This document shows, piece by piece, positions 26,656 to 32,916 of a stretch of DNA of 32,916 bases; the first letter of the stretch is position 1; every line of letters starts with the position of its first letter. This stretch comes from a virus. Taxonomy: Duplodnaviria > Caudoviricetes. The stretch is taken from the IMG/VR virus record IMGVR_UViG_3300032218_002106, positions 1 to 32,916 of that record, one strand, 5' to 3'. The translations under genes and the position numbers were made by a program. Below the pieces are notes generated by a model. That model saw nothing but the letters and a program-made list of their open reading frames with translations, had not been told where the DNA came from and made no database searches.

Positions 26656-26872
26656 AGGATTAACACCAGCAACAAGACAATATTCGTGCAAAATGAACAC
26701 TATTTTAGAGTCTTTATCTGAAGCAGATAGGAAAATCTTGGTTGAAGCGTTAGAATCTCCATTATGGAACAATTCTGCTCTTACAACTGCTTTAAATGAG
26801 CGTGGTTTAAAACTTAGTCGCTATTCGGTTGATAGCCATACAGGAAAGCAATGTTCATGCTGGAGAATTTAG
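26648..26872 (+). CDS. Hypothetical small protein (possible Zn-binding HTH)
   Basis: C...helical...HxxxxCSC pattern. GGAG RBS. Confidence 0.65.
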   Translation: MLEGLTPATRQYSCKMNTILESLSEADRKILVEALESPLWNNSALTTALNERGLKLSRYSVDSHTGKQCSCWRI

Positions 26873-28020
26873 CACCTGCAACTAAGGTTGCGCCACCACA
26901 AGGCTGGAATCCAGCTTTAGAATTTGATGGCACAGAAGGTACAGCAACACTCCCACCTTTATCTGATGATGAGAAACCTGATTTTGATAAGTTTTTAGTT
27001 GATGCAGGTTTTGACCCTGAGTTGATTGAAATTATTGGTGAACCTAGAACTAGTCGCTGGCAGGTTGCTAGACCTTTTCCACTTGAACCTATGTGGCTAA
27101 CAGCATATAGATTTCGGTTTAGGAAACGCAATTCGGTTATAGATTTACCATTGCTTTATTCACAAGTAAAGAAAACTAAAAGGGTTGAACCTAAAGTTTC
27201 TGATTCGGGTAAGGCTTTTATTATTTTATGGTCTGACCTTCAGGTTGGTAAAAGTGACCATAGGGGCGGTACTGCTGAGTTACTTGAACGCATTGAGGAG
27301 AAGAAAAAGTCTCTTATTGCTAAGGTAAAGGAAGTTAAACCTGAGAAAATCATATTCGCTGATGTAGGTGATGTTATTGAAGGGTTCTCTAACACCGCAA
27401 ATCTTATGCAGTTAAGAACAAATGATTTATCGCTTATGAATCAGATTGACCTTGCTACAACTTTGGCGTGGGATATTTTGAAAGAGTTATGTAAATTTGC
27501 CCCTGTATCGTATCTTTCGGTTGGAAGCAATCATTGCCAATGGCGTACAAGTAAACAGCGTGTAGGAACAACTTTAGATGATTGGGGTATCCACATTGGG
27601 CGTACTCTTGCTCGTTTAGCAGGCGAAGTTGGTTTACCTATCAAATTTTATGAGCCACAACCTAATGATGAAAGTTTGGCCTACGATATATTTGATGATT
27701 CCTACCATATTCTCGGCTTATGGCATGGACATCAATCACCTAGACCAGACCAAGTACCAACTTGGTGGAGACAGCAAGCGTTCGGTAAGCAACCTGTTCA
27801 TGCAGCAACTATCGGTGTTTCAGGTCATTTCCACCATTTGAGAGTGCAAGAACTTGGTTCAACACCTAGGGGAACATCTCGGTTTTGGATTCAAGCTGCA
27901 ACATTAGATAATGGAAGTGGCTGGTTTAGACAGACATCAGGTGAAGATAGCCAACCTGGTTTAGTCTGTTTTTCGGTTGAAAAGGGCAAGGAATTTACTG
28001 GGACTGTCTGGAAGTTGTAA
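26857..28020 (+). CDS. Calcineurin-like metallophosphoesterase (Mre11/SbcD-like)
   Basis: SDLQVG, GDVIEG, GSNH, HGH and GHFH motifs. Start could be 26851 or 26857. Confidence 0.85.
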   Translation: MLENLAPATKVAPPQGWNPALEFDGTEGTATLPPLSDDEKPDFDKFLVDAGFDPELIEIIGEPRTSRWQVARPFPLEPMWLTAYRFRFRKRNSVIDLPLLYSQVKKTKRVEPKVSDSGKAFIILWSDLQVGKSDHRGGTAELLERIEEKKKSLIAKVKEVKPEKIIFADVGDVIEGFSNTANLMQLRTNDLSLMNQIDLATTLAWDILKELCKFAPVSYLSVGSNHCQWRTSKQRVGTTLDDWGIHIGRTLARLAGEVGLPIKFYEPQPNDESLAYDIFDDSYHILGLWHGHQSPRPDQVPTWWRQQAFGKQPVHAATIGVSGHFHHLRVQELGSTPRGTSRFWIQAATLDNGSGWFRQTSGEDSQPGLVCFSVEKGKEFTGTVWKL

Positions 28021-28023
28021 TGT

Positions 28024-28233
28024 ATGGTTCGGGAGAGATGCTCTTGTGGGGCTGAGTTTGAAACAGATGAAAAGTCTGCTTTACAACTTTTGAAGTCTTG
28101 GCGGGCTATCCACCGACACGAATTATCTGAGTCAGCAACTTTTGTGAATGTTGGTTCACAGGTAGAACAAGCAATACAAGCGATAGAAAGAGAACCAGAG
28201 TTACAGATTGGTTTTAGACCTGATGGAGAGTAA
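28024..28233 (+). CDS. Hypothetical protein
   Basis: CSCG...H motif and C-terminal IGF. Confidence 0.65.
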   Translation: MVRERCSCGAEFETDEKSALQLLKSWRAIHRHELSESATFVNVGSQVEQAIQAIEREPELQIGFRPDGE

Positions 28234-28403
28234 TGCCTATTTATGAGTATGAGTGTGAAAATGGTCATAATTCGGTCATAACGGAATCCATAAATTCTGA
28301 CCATAAAATACCTGAAAAATGTGAGCAATGTGGCAAAGATTTGGTTAGAGTATTTGGTAGCCCTAATATTCGGTTCAATGGAACTGGCTGGGGTAAAGAT
28401 TAG
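28233..28403 (+). CDS. FmdB-like zinc-ribbon protein (56 aa)
   Basis: Translated by hand: MPIYEYECENGH...CEQCG...FNGTGW. Confidence 0.8.
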   Translation: MPIYEYECENGHNSVITESINSDHKIPEKCEQCGKDLVRVFGSPNIRFNGTGWGKD

Positions 28404-28416
28404 TGAAAGGGATAAA

Positions 28417-28575
28417 TTGACTAAGTTAGAAAAAGCATTATTCGGTTTGAACATTATTTTGATTGCAATTATTTTGTGTCTAATATTCGGTTACTATAAT
28501 TCGGTTGAAAATTGTTGGGACAAGTATCATACTGAGTTTGAAGCTATAACTTATTGTGAAAGCCATAATGGGTAA
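28417..28575 (+). CDS. Small membrane protein
   Basis: GAAAGGGA RBS before TTG 28417. One TM segment. Confidence 0.6.
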   Translation: MTKLEKALFGLNIILIAIILCLIFGYYNSVENCWDKYHTEFEAITYCESHNG

Positions 28576-28900
28576 GTTTCGTAAACCTTGCCTTGATTGC
28601 GGTGAATTGACTAGTGGCGGTAATAGGTGTGATGAACACGAAAATTTGGTTCAACAGTTACATAACGCTAAACGAGCTGCTGTAAAGAAATTGACGGGAC
28701 AGTATTCGGGTGATTATCAGAAAAGGGCTAAATTGGTTCGTGAGACTGCTTTGGTTTGCCATTTATGTAATGGGGGCGCTAGTTTTGATGACCCTTGGGT
28801 TGCTGACCACGCTAATCCTGCTGAATTCGGTTCTAATGCGGTTCTGCTACCTGCGCATAAGAGTTGTAATGAGAAGCGGGGCAATAAACCGCTAACCTAG
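28568..28900 (+). CDS. HNH endonuclease (possible terminase cofactor)
   Basis: KPCLDCG, CHLC, ADH and AHKSCNEKRG motifs. Confidence 0.85.
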   Translation: MGKFRKPCLDCGELTSGGNRCDEHENLVQQLHNAKRAAVKKLTGQYSGDYQKRAKLVRETALVCHLCNGGASFDDPWVADHANPAEFGSNAVLLPAHKSCNEKRGNKPLT

Positions 28901-28957
28901 GTTTTGGTTATTCGGTTCTAAAATTCGGTTGTGATGCCCGATACCCGATAACACGCC

Positions 28958-28991
28958 AAGCCCTCTAGTCTTTGTCCGCTAGGGGGTTTTT
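28958..28991 (+). terminator. Rho-independent terminator
   Basis: AAGCCCTCTAG / CTAGGGGGTTT stem followed by T-run. Confidence 0.7.
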
Positions 28992-29100
28992 GGCGTTTAT
29001 AACGGTTTTATAACGGTATGTGAAATGTGCGTGTTTTGTCGTGTCGTTTCTGTATTGTTGGTTTTGTAGCCAACAACGGCTACTAAATGAAAGGGAAAAA

Positions 29101-29214
29101 ATGATTACAATTTCAACTAAGGCAAAATGTCCAGAGTGTTCTAGGGTATTCAACTTGTTAGATGAAGAACAAGCAAGCGAGTTTTACTATGGACACGATT
29201 GCGAAGATAACTAA
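29101..29214 (+). CDS. Small Zn-finger-like protein (37 aa)
   Basis: GAAAGGGAAAAA RBS. CPEC...HDC motif. Confidence 0.7.
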   Translation: MITISTKAKCPECSRVFNLLDEEQASEFYYGHDCEDN

Positions 29215-29366
29215 TGGAAACTATTTACCGTATTACAGATAACACTAATCAGGTCTATAACATTGAGTTCAATAATGTTGAGTTGGCTAAAAAGTGGATT
29301 TACACACACCTAAACATAAAGGATATTCTTGCTATGGATATCAAGCCAATTAGAAAGGGAAAATAA
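29214..29366 (+). CDS. Hypothetical protein (50 aa, METIYRIT...)
   Basis: Translated by hand. TAATG overlaps at both ends. Confidence 0.65.
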   Translation: METIYRITDNTNQVYNIEFNNVELAKKWIYTHLNIKDILAMDIKPIRKGK

Positions 29367-29635
29367 TGAGCAACATAACTACCGAACAGACTTGGGAACT
29401 ATTACAGATACATAGTTTGCTTATAGACGGAGATGAACATAAGAAAAGTATTGGTATTTCTTTCTTTGTTGATTTTATTGAGACACACTTATTTACGGCA
29501 GATGTTGTCGGTTGGGTGTCTTGTATAAAGTGTGGTTGCGCTATTCAAAAGGATATAGCGGAAGAAGAACTGTATATGTGTGTGGAGTGTTCTAATACTT
29601 ATTACACACACGAAGAAGATAAGGGAGATAACTAA
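29366..29635 (+). CDS. Hypothetical Zn-finger protein
   Basis: CIKC and CVEC motifs. AAAGGGA RBS. Confidence 0.65.
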   Translation: MSNITTEQTWELLQIHSLLIDGDEHKKSIGISFFVDFIETHLFTADVVGWVSCIKCGCAIQKDIAEEELYMCVECSNTYYTHEEDKGDN

Positions 29636-29865
29636 TGGCTACTTTAGATATTGGAAGTAATTGTGTCTGGTGTAACCGAGATACCTCTTTTGGCTCAGGT
29701 CGCTTTGTGAATAGAATACCCGTAGGCACTGACCCTAATTTTGTTGAGTGGCTTTCTGATGAAGATAAAGCTAAGTATAACGAGGTTGAGGGTTATGGTT
29801 GTGCCGAGTGTTATGAAGATTGTGATTGTAATGATGAAGAAGAGGAAGAAAATGAAGAACTATAA
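29635..29865 (+). CDS. Hypothetical Cys-rich acidic protein
   Basis: CVWC...GSGRFVNRIP...CAEC motif. Confidence 0.7.
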   Translation: MATLDIGSNCVWCNRDTSFGSGRFVNRIPVGTDPNFVEWLSDEDKAKYNEVEGYGCAECYEDCDCNDEEEEENEEL

Positions 29866-29998
29866 AGTTAGGCTAAAACACGATACGGGTTTTGTTAGTG
29901 TGTTTGTTAGCGCTAATACTACTGGTAAAGCTATAAAGTTGGTTTGTAAGTCTGAGAAAGCGCCGTTTAGTGCGGTGCGGTCTGTAAAGTTAGCGTAA
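29852..29998 (+). CDS. Hypothetical protein (MKNYKVRLKHD...)
   Basis: Start trimmed to ATG 29852, with GAGG upstream. Confidence 0.6.
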   Translation: MKNYKVRLKHDTGFVSVFVSANTTGKAIKLVCKSEKAPFSAVRSVKLA

Positions 29999-30019
29999 AG
30001 GGAAAAGGATAAAGGGAAA

Positions 30020-30202
30020 ATGAAAACATACATGGTAAAAAATGAAGCAAGTCTAATCTATGAAATTGAAATTGAAGCCGAAAACGAAGAGCAAGCGCTA
30101 GAACTTGGTCAAAATAAATTATTTGACGGGTTAGGAACTGAAAGCCCTTATTCGTTTATTTGGACAGACTGGAGTGAAATTGAAGAAAAAAGAGATAACT
30201 AA
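30020..30202 (+). CDS. Hypothetical acidic protein
   Basis: AAAGGGAAA RBS. IEAENEEQA motif. Confidence 0.7.
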   Translation: MKTYMVKNEASLIYEIEIEAENEEQALELGQNKLFDGLGTESPYSFIWTDWSEIEEKRDN

Positions 30203-30378
30203 TGTATGGTTGTGGTAATCGTAAGTGTGTGAGTTGTCAACCGTTTACTTATGGTTGTGAGTATTGCGGGGCAGATTTTCAGATACCCGTAGCGAATGGC
30301 GATATCTATGTTTGTGATAGTTGTGGCTATGTTATAGATGAACAGTCAGACGAAATCAAGTTCGCTGATTTAGTATAA
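30202..30378 (+). CDS. Cys-rich hypothetical protein (58 aa)
   Basis: Translated by hand. CVSC, CEYC and CDSC motifs. Confidence 0.65.
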   Translation: MYGCGNRKCVSCQPFTYGCEYCGADFQIPVANGDIYVCDSCGYVIDEQSDEIKFADLV

Positions 30379-30396
30379 AGAAAAGGAAAAGGGAAA

Positions 30397-30669
30397 ATGA
30401 AAATAAAAACACTAATAGAACACTTACTAAAAGATAATGATTTGGAAGATGAAATTATTGTTGATTGGTTTGAAAAGTCAATGTATGAAGACTTACTATT
30501 CAATAAAGAAGATAAGTACACACGCAAAGAATTTGATAAAGCGTGGTTAGCTATTCAAGAAAACGGGCAGGAAGAGTTATCTAATATGTTGTCTCACTAT
30601 AACCTTGATTACGATATTCGGAATATGGTTTTAGATGAGATAGATGAGATGAGAAAAACTAATGGATAA
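30397..30669 (+). CDS. Hypothetical protein
   Basis: AAAGGGAAA RBS. Confidence 0.7.
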   Translation: MKIKTLIEHLLKDNDLEDEIIVDWFEKSMYEDLLFNKEDKYTRKEFDKAWLAIQENGQEELSNMLSHYNLDYDIRNMVLDEIDEMRKTNG

Positions 30670-30829
30670 TGATGAACTGCTACCTAAATGGTTTCCGCCC
30701 GCTAAAAAAGAAAAAACTGTTGGTTCTCTAGTTAGCAAGGCGGTAAGCATAAGTTTTATGGTGCTTTTTATCTTTGTTTTCCATATTTGTTTAGAGTTTA
30801 TATTTCAAAAGTCAGAAGGGAAAAAGTAA
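30662..30829 (+). CDS. Small single-TM protein (55 aa)
   Basis: Translated by hand. Fills the gap, with overlaps at both ends. Confidence 0.55.
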   Translation: MDNDELLPKWFPPAKKEKTVGSLVSKAVSISFMVLFIFVFHICLEFIFQKSEGKK

Positions 30830-31035
30830 TGAATTGGTATTCGTATTCGGTTGGAAAATCTGGTTTCAATCAAGTTGTAGGCGATATGGTGGAAGCCGAT
30901 ACTATCGGTCAGGCGATATCTATAATTCGGTCTGAAATCGGTTATTTGGTTCAGTTATCGGTTAGGCGGTCTTACTATGGTGAAACTGATTGCGATAACT
31001 TTACCTTTAGCGGTCATATGCAACATAATAAGTAA
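30829..31035 (+). CDS. Hypothetical protein (MNWYSYSVGK...)
   Basis: GAAGGGAAAA RBS and TAATG start. Confidence 0.6.
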   Translation: MNWYSYSVGKSGFNQVVGDMVEADTIGQAISIIRSEIGYLVQLSVRRSYYGETDCDNFTFSGHMQHNK

Positions 31036-31064
31036 TTCGGTCATAATTCGGTCTAAATTCGGTC
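31034..31064 (+). repeat. Three AATTCGGTC repeats at 11-bp period
   Basis: Copies at 31034, 31045 and 31056. Confidence 0.85.
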
Positions 31065-31110
31065 AGTATTTGGTTTGGTTTCTCCTATCGGTCAGCCTAA
31101 GCCATAGCCT

Positions 31111-31140
31111 AAGCCCCCGCCGTTTTGGTTGGGGGCTTTC
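31111..31140 (+). terminator. Terminator-like hairpin
   Basis: AAGCCCCC / GGGGGCTT stem followed by a short T tract. Confidence 0.6.
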
Positions 31141-31310
31141 GCCTATCTGTAAAGTCTTAGCACACAATCAAGCAAGACACGCTAAAAAACGATAACAATT
31201 ACGATATCTAACTGTTACCGTTTCGTTATCTTAATATCTAGCCTAAACACGCTTTTATATGTAACACTTAGGGAGTGGCAATAAAGCCACACTAAACGAA
31301 AAGGGAAAAA

Positions 31311-31748
31311 ATGAACAAGCAAGAAAAGGCAGAACTAGAGACACAAGCAAAGGACTACGCTAGGCAAATTCACGCCATAGTTACAGGGCAAGGCGGGAGT
31401 TTTGAGGTAGTTATACATAAGACAAGCCAATCTAATATGACTTGGTATTACTCGGTAAACTTGTGGTATTTTGACGAGAAACTAGGGCGGGTTAGGTCTT
31501 GGAACTTGAACTATGTTATGAGCCAATTCCTAGGGTTTGGAAAACTAAAAGACGAGAGACACCTAAAAGGCAACGGGGTAGGGACTGAAAGGAGTTTCCA
31601 GACAATCTATAACCTAGGGTTAGCGGTCTCTAAGGCGCTAAATTGGGCAGACTTTATAGACATTAAAGCTAGGTTTGGCGTTGAGTTTCAAGAAAACCCT
31701 TGGCGTTACGCTTATGTTTACACCGATAAAGTTACAGCAGTTTACTAA
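31311..31748 (+). CDS. Hypothetical protein
   Basis: AAAGGGAAAAA RBS. 145 aa. Confidence 0.75.
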   Translation: MNKQEKAELETQAKDYARQIHAIVTGQGGSFEVVIHKTSQSNMTWYYSVNLWYFDEKLGRVRSWNLNYVMSQFLGFGKLKDERHLKGNGVGTERSFQTIYNLGLAVSKALNWADFIDIKARFGVEFQENPWRYAYVYTDKVTAVY

Positions 31749-31766
31749 GAAAGGGAAAAGAAAAAA

Positions 31767-32165
31767 ATGAACGAGACAATTTTAGAAAACATACTAAATG
31801 AGTTCCGAAAGATAGGACTAATAGAGTTGCCAGAAAATGTTTTGGTATATTTCGCAGACCCCGACAAAGTGGCAGAGACCCCCTACCATATGGCAGGGGA
31901 GTTATTTAAGGATATGTATCACGAAGACCGTCTTGGTTATATCAATGTATCTTGGGGCAAATGGAATATCGTTTTAGGGTATGGCGACAGGAACGGTTCG
32001 GAAATGTGGGACGGCGTTTGGTCTTGGTCTGTTCAATACGATTACAACACTTATCCCGATTACTTTTCGGGCGAAATAAATAACGGCTCACCCGATTATG
32101 TAGTTTGGACATTGTTCGCACAACTAAGCGAACAAGTAGAAAAGTTAAGGGCTATCAATGCGTAA
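31767..32165 (+). CDS. Hypothetical protein
   Basis: GAAAGGGAAAA RBS. 132 aa. Confidence 0.75.
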   Translation: MNETILENILNEFRKIGLIELPENVLVYFADPDKVAETPYHMAGELFKDMYHEDRLGYINVSWGKWNIVLGYGDRNGSEMWDGVWSWSVQYDYNTYPDYFSGEINNGSPDYVVWTLFAQLSEQVEKLRAINA

Positions 32166-32259
32166 ATCTGTTCTTATCGCTAGGGAACTTGTCGGGACTA
32201 TGTTCTGGCTTTTTGTCTGGTGGTCTAGCCTTTGGGTTGTCTGTTTGCTTTTCGTTTAG
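32158..32259 (+). CDS. Small hydrophobic peptide (33 aa)
   Basis: Translated by hand. AAGGG RBS, ends just before a terminator. Confidence 0.45.
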   Translation: MRKSVLIARELVGTMFWLFVWWSSLWVVCLLFV

Positions 32260-32272
32260 CATCCTAAAACGA

Positions 32273-32303
32273 GAAACCCCCGTCTATTTTGGCGGGGGTT
32301 TTC
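32273..32303. terminator. Rho-independent terminator (possibly bidirectional)
   Basis: GAAACCCCCGTC / GGCGGGGGTTTT stem. Confidence 0.75.
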
Positions 32304-32718
32304 TGTTACCTAAATGTAACAATGACCCGCCAATATTCGGCAAACCTGAAAAGCCTATCCCCCTAAAACGCCCTAAAATGCCCTTAGAGACCTTGACCCC
32401 CTAAACTGACCTACCACACCAGACCACCCCTAAAAGTGTTTCTAGGGGCAACCTGACAAGCCTAGTTTGTTATCTAACTGTTATAAACTGTGGGCGTGTC
32501 TAAACTAAATATATGCTATGGGACACACGCTAAAAGAAAGAAACTAAAAGCCTTACCATATGCCACACCTAAAAGTCAATAGCAAACGATAACAATTTTG
32601 TTATCTTATCGTTACCGAAACGACACCTAAAACGCTACCTAAACACGCCCCTATATGGGACTATATAGATACAACTAAATAACTAAAATAACCAACACAA
32701 CGAAAGGGAAAAAAGAAA

Positions 32719-32892
32719 ATGACCAAAGTAGCAATTAGAGAATTAGTTAGAGAACTAATCATATTAGAGAAAAATGGAACACTAACTAACGATTACAAAA
32801 TGCCAAACCTAAGCCATACAGAAAACGCCTATTTTTGCGAATTGCTAGAAATGGCAACTTTCGCAATAAACACCGCCCAAAGTAAAAACTAA
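32719..32892 (+). CDS. Hypothetical protein (57 aa, MTKVAIRELV...)
   Basis: Translated by hand. GAAAGGGAAAA RBS. Confidence 0.65.
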   Translation: MTKVAIRELVRELIILEKNGTLTNDYKMPNLSHTENAYFCELLEMATFAINTAQSKN

Positions 32893-32916
32893 CAACACAA
32901 GAAAAGGAAAAAGGGA

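Noticed and set aside
28321-28416. N-terminal extension of the 28321-28575 ORF
   Set aside because: Overlaps the FmdB-like gene in another frame. The RBS supports TTG 28417.
31034-31115. CRISPR-like mini-array
   Set aside because: Repeats are 9-11 bp with no spacer-length unique sequences and no cas genes.
32105-32404. 99-aa ORF, also 30977-31195 and 24538-24786
   Set aside because: These run through terminators or repeats, or overlap better genes, and lack an RBS.
1-32916. Alternative genetic code, tRNA genes, integrase or repressor
   Set aside because: All three stop codons end genes at tight junctions with dense standard-code coding. No cloverleaf or recombinase motifs were seen. Lifestyle cannot be fully settled because the window may be incomplete.

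Overview
Most of a ~33 kb tailed dsDNA phage genome (siphovirus architecture, HK97-type head). The host is almost certainly an actinobacterium (WhiB gene, GAAAGGG-type Shine-Dalgarno sites). The AT-rich composition and gene style resemble freshwater actinophages, which is inference only. Gene order: terS, terL, portal, a fibre cassette inserted in the head cluster, a three-domain HAD-phosphatase/prohead-protease fusion, major capsid, a GT4 + GT2 + cytidylyltransferase cassette, neck/tail genes with a -1 frameshifted chaperone, tape measure, two minor tail genes, and a lysis region (containing a secreted PA14/FN3 protein, M23 endolysin and holins). A single leftward whiB follows, then recombination/replication genes (YqaJ, ERF, Rep with iterons, SSB, RusA), a metallophosphoesterase, HNH, and a right arm of small early genes rich in repeated motifs. 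No integrase, repressor, tRNA or CRISPR array was seen, and the right end is cut off just after an RBS. Strongest novel candidates: (1) twin hairpins just before the capsid gene whose loops are exact complements of the AAAGGGAA RBS used by early/middle but not structural genes, possibly an RNA-based early-gene shut-off; (2) a possible virion glyco/polyol-phosphate decoration system (GTs, cytidylyltransferase, HAD domain, Ser/Thr-rich head-cluster fibre); (3) a tandem structured-RNA leader on the capsid gene; (4) an overlapping-promoter switch at whiB. All assignments come from reading motifs by eye, without database searches.
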